Shown here: positions 31,258 through 41,624 of the stretch, in pieces
Layout of the letters: each line of letters opens with the position of its first letter
How positions within the stretch are numbered: position 1 is the first letter of the stretch
Source of the DNA: a virus
Direction: 5' to 3' (one strand)
Virus record (IMG/VR): IMGVR_UViG_3300028045_000007
Coordinates: 64,001 to 128,000 of that record
Length of the DNA: 64,000 nucleotides
The notes under the pieces: model-generated
Databases searched by the model: none
What the model saw: only the letters and a program-made list of their open reading frames with translations
What the model was told of the DNA's origin: nothing
Position numbers and translations under genes: made by a program

Positions 31258-34200
31258 CATTTGCACACCTGAACGTACACTCGAAAGCCTCGATGCTGTA
31301 TGGGTCTGCCGACATTAAAGACCTAATCAAGCGAGCCAAGGAGTTAGGACAGCCAGCTATCGCACTGACGGACTACAGTAACATGTATAACGCAGTCACG
31401 TTCTATCGTGAAGCGGACAGGGCTGGGATCAAGCCGATCATTGGTATTGATCTTTACTTTTGCGAGGACGCTGAACAGCTTAGGATTCAACGTGTACGTC
31501 AGGTTTCTCACGTTGTGCTTTTGGCCGAGAACGAGGAGGGCATGAAAAACATTGCTAGACTGGTTTCATCGGCCCACGACAAAGAGCACTTCTACTACAA
31601 CCCACGTATTGATTTTAAGCTCCTAGAACAATATAACGAAGGGATTATCTGTTTGACGGGTAGTAGTTTGGACGGCGTAATTGCCTCCAAGCTATTTGAT
31701 AAGGTTGCACCCGATGGTGAGGTCATGGAGCCCGCCGCTCTATTTAGGGCAGAGGGTCTTGTTCGTCGTTTCCTTAAGATCTTTGATACTAACCACTTCT
31801 TTTTAGAGGTGCAAGATACAGGACTTGCAGAGCAGGAAGTAATCAATACTCGTCTTCGTAATATTGCCATGAAGTATGGCCTCAAGACTGTTGCTACAAA
31901 CAATGTACATTATGTTGAGCAACATGCAGCCGAGGCACACAAGACGCTGCTTGAGACTGGTACCAGCAAGTTTAGTCGTGCTACTTACACCGACTTTACT
32001 CCAGAGGAGTACTACCTAAAGGATCGCGAAGCACTTGAGCAGACCTCTTTGTTGCCAGAGGAGCTAGATATTGCCCTTGAGATTGCAGAACGCTGTAACG
32101 TTACGATTGATCTCAAGAAGCGACGACTACCTAAGTATAAGTTTATTCCCGAAGGAAAGACATCGGTTGAATACTTGCGTGAACTGGCCCACGCTGGTCT
32201 CAATGAGATTATTACTGATGAACTTGACACTTGCGAACAAGAAGAGTCTTACAATGACAGGTTAGAGCGTGAGCTTGCGGACATTGAAGAGATGGGGTTT
32301 GCCGACTACTTCCTTATCGTCCACGACGTTATGTCATGGGTACACGGTCAGAAGATCTTGGTCGGTCGTGGACGAGGTAGTGCTGGCGGTAGCCTTGTGT
32401 CCTACGCTCTGCGGATTACTGACATCGACCCATTGAAGTATGGACTCATCTGGGAGCGATTCTTGAATAAGGGACGTGGTGGCCTGCCTGACATCGATAC
32501 CGACGTTCCTCGTTCACAACGCCAGAAGGTACTGGCGTACGTGCGTGAGCGGTTTGGCGAGGGCAATGTTGCCCAGCTAGTGACGCTCGGTGGCCTACAG
32601 GCTAAGGCTGTACTCAAAGAGGTCTTTCGAGTTTATGACATGCCGTTCGATGAGGCGAACAAAATTACGGCACTTGTGCCCGCTAAGAATGATGATCATG
32701 GTGCAATTACGCTGCAAGAAGCGATTGATGCCGTACCAGAACTGAAGGCATATTACGATAAGTATACTTCCTGGTTTAAGATTGCGTTAGCCCTTGAGGG
32801 ATGCTACAAGACGACTGGTATCCATGCCGCCGCCGTTGTCATCTCTGACGTGCCGTTCGACGAAAGCTCATATCCACTGACACGCTCTAAGGATGGAGAC
32901 CTGATCTTTGGTTGGGATATGGATACGGTAGACTCTTTAAGTTTGCTAAAGCTAGATATCCTGGGACTGACTACCCTGGACGATATTCAGCTTACTACAG
33001 ATCTCGTTAAGGGACGACGTGACATCGACATCTCTCGTGTCAACATGCCACTAGACGACCCCGTTACTTGGGCGATGCTTGGTCAGGGATACACTGTAGG
33101 TATTTTCCAGATTGAGCGACAGCTTGGTCGTACATGGAGTAAGAATCTACAGCCAGAGAACATTGAACAATTGAGTGATTTGGTCTCACTAATTCGACCC
33201 GGCCCCATGTCGTCTGATATGCATACGTCATACCGTGGCGTCAAGATGAAGGGCGAGGAGCCCACCTATCTACATCCCATGTTGGAACCCATCATGGGGA
33301 CAACTTATTCCGCTCTTTTGTATCAGGAGCAGGTAATCTATATCTGTCAACAGCTTGCTGGCATGAACTCGGTTGATGCGGACATGGTTCGCAAGGCCAT
33401 GGGCAAGAAGAAGCCAGAGGAGATGAAAAAATGGAAGGAGAAGTTCGTCAACGGATGTTCGGCTGCCGGTATTACTATCACGTGTGCCGAAGAAATCTGG
33501 GGATATATCGAGAAGTTCGCTGGATATGGCTTCAATAAGTCTCATGGTATTGGGTATGCTCTACTAGCATACGAGACGGCCTATCTAAAGGCTAACTTTC
33601 CTGTCGAATTCTTTTGTGCCAAACTACAGCACGCAGAGAGTCATACCGACAAGTACGAACAGATGGCCGCACTTGTTTACGATGGCAAGCTATTCGATCT
33701 TGAGGTGGTTCCGCCGAGGCTACGACGCGGCAATAAGGATTTCGCCGTCATTAGCGATAATCAGGTAGCGTTTGGTCTCAGTGCTCTCGAGGGCGTGGGT
33801 CGCGTTGCTGTTACGGACCTTGTGCGTGTGGCCAAGGAATGCCCGTCTTTCGACGAATTGATTTGGCGTGTACTGACCACGAAAACAAAAGTGAATTCTT
33901 CGGTTGTTACAGCACTCATTCGTGCCGGTGCGTTTGATGACCAAATTGAGCATCGCGTAGAGTGTCAGCGTCGCTGGCGTTTACTTGAAGGTCTTACGAC
34001 CAAGGAACGCGAAACCATTACGTCTCTCATGCCACATCAGGAGGGTGAGCCCAATTGGATTAAGATCTTACGTGCCCTAGCGGACGAAGACAAGGCACCG
34101 CTAGTCAAGGAGCACTTTGATGTTAAGATTCCCAACGCTGCTCGACGACCTAAGATACGAGCACTGCTAGATGACCATGATCGTAGCGACCTATTTGATA

Positions 34201-34562
34201 GTAAAGCCCAAAGAATTGCGTGGGAACAGCACTATCTTGGTATTTCTCTGAGTGGTAGTGAAGCGGACATCTATCGTGCATCTCATAAATGTATTGATCT
34301 GGTGAAGAATGGGTATCCGGACCTGAGATTTGAAATTGCTGTGTGCGTCGATGCTGTCCGTGAGATTATCACCAAGAAAGGTGATCCTATGGCGTTTGTT
34401 ACCGCACGAGACAATACGTATCTTATGGACAATATCGTTGTCTTCCCGAAGGTATTCGAATATAAGGGCAAACTACTGGAAGAAGGGAACGTTTTAAAGA
34501 TTCGTGGCAGAGTTGATGATCGTGGTTCACTAATTGTCGATAGACTAGAGAGATTACAATGA
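31254..34562 (+). CDS. dnaE: DNA polymerase III alpha subunit (family C)
   Basis: PHP HLNVHS..ALTD; GRGSAGGS; PDIDTD; GIHAAAVVI; LKLDILGL; YGFNKSH; C-terminal OB fold. Confidence 0.96.
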   Translation: MTFAHLNVHSKASMLYGSADIKDLIKRAKELGQPAIALTDYSNMYNAVTFYREADRAGIKPIIGIDLYFCEDAEQLRIQRVRQVSHVVLLAENEEGMKNIARLVSSAHDKEHFYYNPRIDFKLLEQYNEGIICLTGSSLDGVIASKLFDKVAPDGEVMEPAALFRAEGLVRRFLKIFDTNHFFLEVQDTGLAEQEVINTRLRNIAMKYGLKTVATNNVHYVEQHAAEAHKTLLETGTSKFSRATYTDFTPEEYYLKDREALEQTSLLPEELDIALEIAERCNVTIDLKKRRLPKYKFIPEGKTSVEYLRELAHAGLNEIITDELDTCEQEESYNDRLERELADIEEMGFADYFLIVHDVMSWVHGQKILVGRGRGSAGGSLVSYALRITDIDPLKYGLIWERFLNKGRGGLPDIDTDVPRSQRQKVLAYVRERFGEGNVAQLVTLGGLQAKAVLKEVFRVYDMPFDEANKITALVPAKNDDHGAITLQEAIDAVPELKAYYDKYTSWFKIALALEGCYKTTGIHAAAVVISDVPFDESSYPLTRSKDGDLIFGWDMDTVDSLSLLKLDILGLTTLDDIQLTTDLVKGRRDIDISRVNMPLDDPVTWAMLGQGYTVGIFQIERQLGRTWSKNLQPENIEQLSDLVSLIRPGPMSSDMHTSYRGVKMKGEEPTYLHPMLEPIMGTTYSALLYQEQVIYICQQLAGMNSVDADMVRKAMGKKKPEEMKKWKEKFVNGCSAAGITITCAEEIWGYIEKFAGYGFNKSHGIGYALLAYETAYLKANFPVEFFCAKLQHAESHTDKYEQMAALVYDGKLFDLEVVPPRLRRGNKDFAVISDNQVAFGLSALEGVGRVAVTDLVRVAKECPSFDELIWRVLTTKTKVNSSVVTALIRAGAFDDQIEHRVECQRRWRLLEGLTTKERETITSLMPHQEGEPNWIKILRALADEDKAPLVKEHFDVKIPNAARRPKIRALLDDHDRSDLFDSKAQRIAWEQHYLGISLSGSEADIYRASHKCIDLVKNGYPDLRFEIAVCVDAVREIITKKGDPMAFVTARDNTYLMDNIVVFPKVFEYKGKLLEEGNVLKIRGRVDDRGSLIVDRLERLQ

Positions 34563-34804
34563 CGAAGTATGAGTATGATTACGAAGAACTAAAGCTTAAT
34601 GAAGAAGAACGGGCATTGCTGGACCTAGATATGGGCGATGTTGATACGCTGAATGTCTTGCTACGCGAGACTATCAATGAGCGTGCTGCCGATGGCTGGG
34701 AGCCACTGTATCCATTTTCCGTGCCGTCCTTGTGGTTTCGTAGAGTGATTCCTACTAAACGTAAAAAAGTTACGAAAAGCTTGGACAGCAAGCATCAGGG
34801 ATGA
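34559..34804 (+). CDS. small protein, DUF4177-like
   Basis: KYEY...INERAADGWE pattern. Confidence 0.5.
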   Translation: MTKYEYDYEELKLNEEERALLDLDMGDVDTLNVLLRETINERAADGWEPLYPFSVPSLWFRRVIPTKRKKVTKSLDSKHQG

Positions 34805-34810
34805 CACAAT

Positions 34811-35149
34811 ATGTATGATTATGCACAGTCTCAATTGCTTGGTAGGGCGACTGCCGACGCACACTTTGATACAGATCGTGATGGCCGTGTCATTAAGGCG
34901 GTCTTTATGATTGCACTTAATACCCCCGTGAGACGTGGCAATAGGATGACCTCGCGTACTATTTACAGACGTATTATGGTACTGGGGTCTTTTGCGGACT
35001 ATGTACTAAATTGCCAAGAAGAGGACGGACTCCGTGGTCGTCTCATTAATGTAATTGGCGTCATGGACGACGAACACGTGCCAACAGACGAAGAGGATGA
35101 CGAATACTACGAAGTCACTAGAGTTGCCCCTGGGGGCTGGATTCATTAA
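34811..35149 (+). CDS. SSB-like OB-fold protein (C-terminus possibly frameshifted, true end may be 35183)
   Basis: LLGRATAD...FMIALN...G..ADYV...GRLINVIG resembles the SSB fold. Confidence 0.55.
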   Translation: MYDYAQSQLLGRATADAHFDTDRDGRVIKAVFMIALNTPVRRGNRMTSRTIYRRIMVLGSFADYVLNCQEEDGLRGRLINVIGVMDDEHVPTDEEDDEYYEVTRVAPGGWIH

Positions 35150-35175
35150 GATTATGGATCGGAGAGTCAAGCCCG

Positions 35176-35826
35176 ATGCTTGATCATGCAGAGACCATTT
35201 TGGATAATTATGGTCCACTCATCAAGAAGATTGCTAGGTCGGCTTGCTTCTCGTCTGCTACTATTGACATATTGGATTTGATTCAGGTTGGCGAGATCGC
35301 CGCACTGAGGGCAGTTAAGAAATATGATCCCTCGGCTGGTGCCACGATACGTTCATATGTAGCACGCTTGGTACGTCAAGATATTTATCGTGAGGCTGCC
35401 AGATTCCTTGGTGTGTTTACCGTGGATCCTCGCGTGACTAGCCTTGCAGCAAAAGCTAATCGCATGTCTCTAGATGGACACAGTGATGAAAGTATCGCTA
35501 CGGCTCTTGACGAGTCAAGTAGTTATGCACTGGACGCAGATCATGTACGAGATCTTCGGCTCGCGTACAGTCGTCGCCAGTACGTGGTTACCCAGGATGA
35601 CGATGCACTAGATGAGTCTGATGCAGATCAACACACCATTAAAGAACTACTAATAGAGATTGTACAGGATGAGCCGGATAAGATTATTCTAGACAATCGA
35701 ATCCTTGGCACCTCTTCGGTACGTGACATTGCACGCCTACTCTCGGTGTCGCCGCGACGAGTTTATGAGTTGGAAAACGATCTCAAGGATCGTATCAAAC
35801 ATGCAATCAAAGGGATGACTGAATGA
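35176..35826 (+). CDS. phage sigma-70-family factor
   Basis: Region 2 DLIQVG.IAALRAVKKYDPSAG..IRSY; C-terminal HTH SVRDIARLLSVSPRRV. Confidence 0.8.
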   Translation: MLDHAETILDNYGPLIKKIARSACFSSATIDILDLIQVGEIAALRAVKKYDPSAGATIRSYVARLVRQDIYREAARFLGVFTVDPRVTSLAAKANRMSLDGHSDESIATALDESSSYALDADHVRDLRLAYSRRQYVVTQDDDALDESDADQHTIKELLIEIVQDEPDKIILDNRILGTSSVRDIARLLSVSPRRVYELENDLKDRIKHAIKGMTE

Positions 35827-37634
35827 AAAAACGTATTCTATTTGTGGGCGAAGCCAGTAATCTAAGCACTGGGTTTTCGACATATTATCGAGAATTGATA
35901 CCTCGTCTAGTAGCCACGGGCAAATACGAGATTGCTGAGTTTGGGTGCTATGTGCGTCAGGACGACCCCGCAGTTCATAACTTTATCCAGGGCCGCTGGA
36001 AGTTTTATGGCGTCATGCCAATGTCCGAAGAAGAGAATCAGGTCTTCAATCAGCCGAATCCACACCCTCGTACTCGTGGACAGAATACTAACCAGTTTGG
36101 CGAGTATAAGTTCAACAGTGTTGTTGCTGATTTCAAGCCCGATATTGTAATTGATATTCGAGATTGGTGGATGCTTGAATACCAGGAACGCAGTGTCTTT
36201 AGACCTTGGTACAAATGGATCGTGATGCCAACCGTGGACGCAGAGCCACAAGACGAGAGTTGGGTTCAAACTTACGAGAATGCCAATATGGTTTTGGCAT
36301 ATTCCGACTACGGAGTACATACGCTACGTCGTCAAAGTCAACTCATGCCCAATGGTCGCCGCAAAATGAAGGTATTCCCTACGCCTATGCGGCCCGGCGT
36401 TGATCTTACAGTTTTCAAACCTATAGATAAAGCCGATACTCGTGAGTATTGGAATATGTCTAAAACCAATCCTGTAATTGGTACAGTAATGCGTAATCAA
36501 AGTCGTAAACTGTATCCAGACTTGATTGATGCTTTTTCACTCATGAAGAAGCGATACAAGGGTGTTGATGCTGTCGATAAGGCCGTACTCTTGATTCATT
36601 CGTCTTGGCCCGACAATCAGCATTCATTTGATTATCCACGTCATATGATGAGGCTTGAAACGTATGAATGGCTACCTCATTACAACAAGGGCATTCGTGG
36701 TAGTGTCTTGCAAACCATGCACTGTCACGCTTGTAAAGAACCATCTGTGACGTTTGCTATGAACCTTTATGGTAAACCCCTGCAAGATGGACGTATTAAG
36801 TTACCTTGTCCTCATTGTGGTGCGGTAGAAGCTTCGCCTCCGGGTACTGGCGGAGGATTTACTCGTGAACGACTAGCTAAACTATATAACCTCATGGATC
36901 TGTATGTACAATGCTCTATTTGTGAGGGCGATGGCATGCCGATCCAAGAAGCGAAGGCGTGCGGTGTGCCAGCACTCATGACAGATTACACGGCCATGCG
37001 TGAGAAGGGGCGTTTTCCAGACTATCCTCACTTTGAGGAACTCAAGATAACCGAAGACACATACACCTGTCCGAAGGGTGGCATGGTTGTAGATGTTGAG
37101 CGGTACTATTACGAGCCTGAAACTAGTTGTCGCCGAGCACATCCGTCAATCAGTGACCTAGCTGACAAGATGCATAAGGCTATCTCGGATGACGATCTTC
37201 TTGCCAAAATGTCCACCGAGGCCAGAGAGTGTGCCGAAGAGAACTACGACTGGGAGGAATTGTGGCAGCAATGGGAATATGTGCTGGACAACGTTGTGCC
37301 AATGGATAGATCAGAGACCTGGGATAGTCCTATCGTAGAACACGATGAAGTCAAGCCCGTGCCCATTCCTGACAATTTGAGCGACGAACAGTACGTGGAA
37401 TGGCTATACATTAATGTTCTCAAGTATCCTGTCGTAGACCCGGAGGGTGCAAAGACATGGATTCAACACCTACAACTCGGTGTGCCGCGTGAAAGACTCA
37501 TGGAGCAATTCGTTGCTATCGGTAACCAACAATCAGATGGCAGTAAAGTGCGTGATCAGATCCGTAGTCAGATGCTTCCACAGGGACATAGCGTAACGCC
37601 CGTGGCCAATAGACCAAAACAGGAGTTCATTTAA
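35823..37634 (+). CDS. GT-B (GT4-like) glycosyltransferase with Zn-ribbon insert and C-terminal DUF4214-like domain
   Basis: STGFSTY, PGVDL.VFKP, RNQSRK, EGDGMPIQEAKACGVP. Confidence 0.85.
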   Translation: MKKRILFVGEASNLSTGFSTYYRELIPRLVATGKYEIAEFGCYVRQDDPAVHNFIQGRWKFYGVMPMSEEENQVFNQPNPHPRTRGQNTNQFGEYKFNSVVADFKPDIVIDIRDWWMLEYQERSVFRPWYKWIVMPTVDAEPQDESWVQTYENANMVLAYSDYGVHTLRRQSQLMPNGRRKMKVFPTPMRPGVDLTVFKPIDKADTREYWNMSKTNPVIGTVMRNQSRKLYPDLIDAFSLMKKRYKGVDAVDKAVLLIHSSWPDNQHSFDYPRHMMRLETYEWLPHYNKGIRGSVLQTMHCHACKEPSVTFAMNLYGKPLQDGRIKLPCPHCGAVEASPPGTGGGFTRERLAKLYNLMDLYVQCSICEGDGMPIQEAKACGVPALMTDYTAMREKGRFPDYPHFEELKITEDTYTCPKGGMVVDVERYYYEPETSCRRAHPSISDLADKMHKAISDDDLLAKMSTEARECAEENYDWEELWQQWEYVLDNVVPMDRSETWDSPIVEHDEVKPVPIPDNLSDEQYVEWLYINVLKYPVVDPEGAKTWIQHLQLGVPRERLMEQFVAIGNQQSDGSKVRDQIRSQMLPQGHSVTPVANRPKQEFI

Positions 37635-37635
37635 T

Positions 37636-38895
37636 ATGAAACTACTACTCACTGGACCGCTCCTAGACTTCAGCGGCTTTGCTCATGCGTCGCGTGACAT
37701 CTTGCGTATGCTGCTCGAAAGCGACGAACTCGATATCGTAATCCGTCCCCTGCGGTATGATCAGCTAGATCCGGGGCAGGAGTTTGAGGTTCCGGATTGG
37801 ATGCAGCCGCTACTGGAAAAAGACCTCATGAATGTTGACATGGTATTGCAGATTACTACGTGCAACGTAGAGGCAGTACCGATCCCCGGCGTGGTCAATG
37901 GACTCTATACCTTTTTCGAGACCAATAGATTACAACCTAATTGGGCAGCTAAGGCTCAGGAATTTGACTTTCTAATTGTGCCGTCGCGATTCAACGCCGA
38001 GGCCCTTGGTTATTCTGGCGTGACCAAACCCGTCTTAGTTGCTGCTCCTCCGTGCGACGAGGACACGTACAAGCGTGAATATACTCCCTTTGAGATTGCA
38101 GACGTAGAGGGACGTACTGTATTCTATAATATCTGTCAGCTTAGTACTAAAAAAGGCATCGATGTTTTGCTGAGGGCATACTATGCGGCGTTTGCCGGTG
38201 CTCCGGATGACGTTTTGCTTGTTCTTAAGACGTATGTCGATATGCAGAATCGTCAAAATGATTTTGATATTGTAAAAGGGTACATTGAGGGTATCAAGGC
38301 ACGTTGTCGCATCCCGGTGGAGAAACTTCCCCCCGTATTACCTGTTGTGTATACCATGACAGATGATGAAATTCATGGCCTACACACTAGAGGCGACGCC
38401 TATGTTTGCTCCAGTCGTGCAGAGGGTTGGGGACTGCCTGTATTTGATGCAATGGCACATGGCAATACCGTAATTTCGCACGACAAGAGTGGTCTGGGAG
38501 ATTTCGTGTCTCGTGAAAATTGCTTGCTTTATGGTGGCACACCCTCGTTCTTCTATGATATGCCACATCCGGACCCCTTGCTCTTTACAGGTATTGAGCA
38601 ATGTCTTGAGCCCTCACCAGTTGAATTGGCTTTGACCATGCAGCAGTTTCACTTGCTTCGTAAGGGTAACGAGAGCGACGAGCTAGACGAAGCCCATCAA
38701 GAACAATGGAGTGCTGTATTGCAGCGACGCGAGAATGCTGCACAGGTTGGTCAACGCTTTGACTATCGCAACATTAGTGGCAAAGTTGTTACACAGCTTT
38801 TGGCGGCACTTAAGTCTTGGAAAGAGACAGGTGTGGTCAGTTATGATGCAACCGCAGAAGGTACCGTAGTAGGTAGTCTAGAGGATCAACTATGA
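37636..38895 (+). CDS. GT4-like glycosyltransferase
   Basis: SGFAHASR, KKGIDVLL, SRAEGWGLPVFDAMAHG. Confidence 0.88.
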   Translation: MKLLLTGPLLDFSGFAHASRDILRMLLESDELDIVIRPLRYDQLDPGQEFEVPDWMQPLLEKDLMNVDMVLQITTCNVEAVPIPGVVNGLYTFFETNRLQPNWAAKAQEFDFLIVPSRFNAEALGYSGVTKPVLVAAPPCDEDTYKREYTPFEIADVEGRTVFYNICQLSTKKGIDVLLRAYYAAFAGAPDDVLLVLKTYVDMQNRQNDFDIVKGYIEGIKARCRIPVEKLPPVLPVVYTMTDDEIHGLHTRGDAYVCSSRAEGWGLPVFDAMAHGNTVISHDKSGLGDFVSRENCLLYGGTPSFFYDMPHPDPLLFTGIEQCLEPSPVELALTMQQFHLLRKGNESDELDEAHQEQWSAVLQRRENAAQVGQRFDYRNISGKVVTQLLAALKSWKETGVVSYDATAEGTVVGSLEDQL

Positions 38896-39929
38896 ATAAT
38901 CAACCCCTATATGTTCCGCAGATGCAGTCTATTGCGGACTGTGTAAATAAGCCCGTGCGTATTGTGCAATGTATTCAAATGCACAACGAGGAGGAGTTCG
39001 CATCACTTGTGCTTGCCTCCCTCTATGACGAGGTAGACCGCATCCTCGTCATAGAAGGGGCAGTTGAAAATAGACCTAACTCCACAGAGGATGGACACTC
39101 TATTGATAGCACGAAAGAGATTTTGGCTGACTTTAAAGCCAATCATGACCCCGACAACAAAGTCGTAATCATCTCTATCAATAAACACTGGAAGAACCTA
39201 GAGGAGATGAAGCAAGCATTCCTAGATATGTCATTTCCGGGCGACTGGATTCTTATCAATGACGCTGACGAGTTCTATCGCCCAGAAGATATTCGTCGCT
39301 TGCGGCGAGCGATCGATCTAAATCCTCACGCCTGTGAGTTTGTGCCTAACTTCCTACACTTCTATGGCGACATCTTCCACGTTGCTGTGCCCGGTCCCGA
39401 ATGGCAACCGCAGCACCAGAGGTTCTTCAAGTTTGTGCGTGGCATGAAATACAACTCTCACCCAGTTGTGACCGATCCCGCTGGCCACTGTACATATTTC
39501 TCTCTACACTACCAACATCGTAGAGTGATGCTCAACGATTTCTGGATCTACCACTATGGTTATGCTCGCCGCAACATGAAAGCAATCATGACCGACAAGC
39601 AAGAGTACTACAAAGGGGAACTCGCTAAGCATGACGGTGCAGACAAGAAGTTCGACCAGAAGGTACAGGATTGGATGGACGGGACCGAGCCGGTGCTGGA
39701 GTTTGACGGACAACATCCGGCCATTTTTGAAGCCAAACCGGGCGTGCCGTTGCCAAGCCTAATGGTGCCTATGGACCACGAGCTAAACGTGGTTGGTAGC
39801 TGGAAGGACGATCCGTTTTACAGCAAAGTACTTGCTGGAGAAGAATACGGCAACATTTACCTATGTATGACGGGTAGGGCACAACCACACATAGAACACT
39901 ACCACAATGGTATGGAGATACAACAATGA
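38892..39929 (+). CDS. GT2-like glycosyltransferase
   Basis: HNEEE, S.DST, WILINDADE (DxD), HYGY. Confidence 0.8.
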   Translation: MNNQPLYVPQMQSIADCVNKPVRIVQCIQMHNEEEFASLVLASLYDEVDRILVIEGAVENRPNSTEDGHSIDSTKEILADFKANHDPDNKVVIISINKHWKNLEEMKQAFLDMSFPGDWILINDADEFYRPEDIRRLRRAIDLNPHACEFVPNFLHFYGDIFHVAVPGPEWQPQHQRFFKFVRGMKYNSHPVVTDPAGHCTYFSLHYQHRRVMLNDFWIYHYGYARRNMKAIMTDKQEYYKGELAKHDGADKKFDQKVQDWMDGTEPVLEFDGQHPAIFEAKPGVPLPSLMVPMDHELNVVGSWKDDPFYSKVLAGEEYGNIYLCMTGRAQPHIEHYHNGMEIQQ

Positions 39930-40258
39930 GACTACGTCATAAACTTGCGGCATTGCTCACTAGATGGGCACTCTGTCTTGATCCCACCAACGCTACTATA
40001 CGTCGTGCGGCACTTGAAGCACTCGACGCTCGTAATCTCGCACAAGAGAAGGAATTTAGCGATGGCTTTTCTCAGATCGATTGGGTCAAGAGAGACATCG
40101 AGGGTGGCAGGGAGGATTGTGATCACATGAACGTTCTGTGTGAGGTTCACGACATAGAAGATCGCCCATATCGTGTGTGTAGCCGATGCAGGGCTCGTGT
40201 ATATATTCCACGTGCAGAACACAAAAGAGGACTTATTCCGTTTGACGGCACAAAATGA
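39926..40258 (+). CDS. hypothetical protein
   Basis: ATGA-coupled; CDH...CSRC. Confidence 0.5.
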   Translation: MRLRHKLAALLTRWALCLDPTNATIRRAALEALDARNLAQEKEFSDGFSQIDWVKRDIEGGREDCDHMNVLCEVHDIEDRPYRVCSRCRARVYIPRAEHKRGLIPFDGTK

Positions 40259-40689
40259 ATTACACATACAAATACCCCCGCTACGACATCACGTGTGATA
40301 TTGCGTGTGTCGTTTGGAACTTTTACTCCAAACAGGCAACAGAGCTTCTACTGATTAAGCGTGGAGTTGAGCCTGACAAGGGCAAATGGGCGTTGCCGGG
40401 AGGACACCTTGATCCTGATGAACTCTTGATCGAGTGTGCCGCACGCGAACTACAAGAAGAAACGGGGCTAGTTGCTGATCTGCAACCTGTTCGTAACTTT
40501 GACACTATAGATAGGTCTCCAAACGACCGATGTATCTGTTGTCTTTTCATGGCAAAGTTTGACATCAGTAGACCAGAGGTGGTAGCGGGTGACGATGCCG
40601 TAGATTACAAGTGGATCAAGGCGGGAGACCTAGACGATATTGACTTTGCATTCGACTGCAAGGAAATGGCTAAGACTATACTACTATGA
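40255..40689 (+). CDS. Nudix hydrolase (ADP-ribose pyrophosphatase-like)
   Basis: WALPGG...E....AARELQEETG Nudix box; AGDDA, AFD. Confidence 0.9.
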   Translation: MNYTYKYPRYDITCDIACVVWNFYSKQATELLLIKRGVEPDKGKWALPGGHLDPDELLIECAARELQEETGLVADLQPVRNFDTIDRSPNDRCICCLFMAKFDISRPEVVAGDDAVDYKWIKAGDLDDIDFAFDCKEMAKTILL

Positions 40690-41624
40690 AGAAAGTACTG
40701 TACGTTGGCTTGAAATGGAATTACGGTAAGAAAGAGGAGGACACTTCCTTTGAATACCGTAACATTGAGGCGGGCATCAAGGAGTGTGCTGACGTTACCT
40801 GTTGGCATCCGGACGAACCAAGCATGTCCGAAGATGAGTTGCTAGAATTAGTCCCTAAGTTTGATTGTATCTTCCATACGGCGTTTAACGAGACTCTTGA
40901 CCTACCAGAGTCGGTAGCTCGCCTTGCCATGAGGATTGATATTCCTGTTGTGCAGTGGGACTGTGATGCGTCCTGGAGATTCCACAACTGGATCCTGCCG
41001 CATCGCAAGGATAGAGCGTCGCACTTTATTACTACTCACTCCTCTACGGTGGGGTGGTACGAGAAATGCGGTATGAACGTGATCAAGTCCCAGTGGGCGG
41101 GCTCTCCGATGTATGTTGGCAAACCAGATACTCCCAAGCTATACGACGTTGGCTTTGCTGGGCAAAAGCACGGCATTAGAACTCAGTTGATAGAGGTTAT
41201 GGCCAAGGCTGGCTTCGATGTCCATGTCTTTGGTCATTACTGGGAAGACTTTCCTAACTCTCATCCACATACACCGCAGCTTCAGCAGATGATTGATGTC
41301 TTGGACGCCTCCAAGATTTGTCTCAATCTGTCCAACCCGTGGCACGTTGGCACAATGCCTCAGATCAAGGGTAGACACTTTGAAATCCCCCAAGTTGGAG
41401 GCTTTCAACTGACAACGACTGCTGACAACCTTGACGAATACTTTGTTCCCGACAAAGAAATCATCGTCGTTCATTCTGCACCAGACCTAATTGAGCGTTC
41501 GCTGTACTATCTTGATCACGAAGATGAGCGGTTGGCTATCGCGAAGGCCGGTCAGGAAAGAGTGCTCCGTGATCATCAATGGAAACATAGGTTCGAGGAT
41601 ATCTTTAATGAGATTGGAATCTGA
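40686..41624 (+). CDS. CgeB-like glycosyltransferase
   Basis: YDVGFAG, SKICLN, KGRHFEIP..GGFQL, F.PDKEI, RDHQW. Confidence 0.82.
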   Translation: MKKVLYVGLKWNYGKKEEDTSFEYRNIEAGIKECADVTCWHPDEPSMSEDELLELVPKFDCIFHTAFNETLDLPESVARLAMRIDIPVVQWDCDASWRFHNWILPHRKDRASHFITTHSSTVGWYEKCGMNVIKSQWAGSPMYVGKPDTPKLYDVGFAGQKHGIRTQLIEVMAKAGFDVHVFGHYWEDFPNSHPHTPQLQQMIDVLDASKICLNLSNPWHVGTMPQIKGRHFEIPQVGGFQLTTTADNLDEYFVPDKEIIVVHSAPDLIERSLYYLDHEDERLAIAKAGQERVLRDHQWKHRFEDIFNEIGI

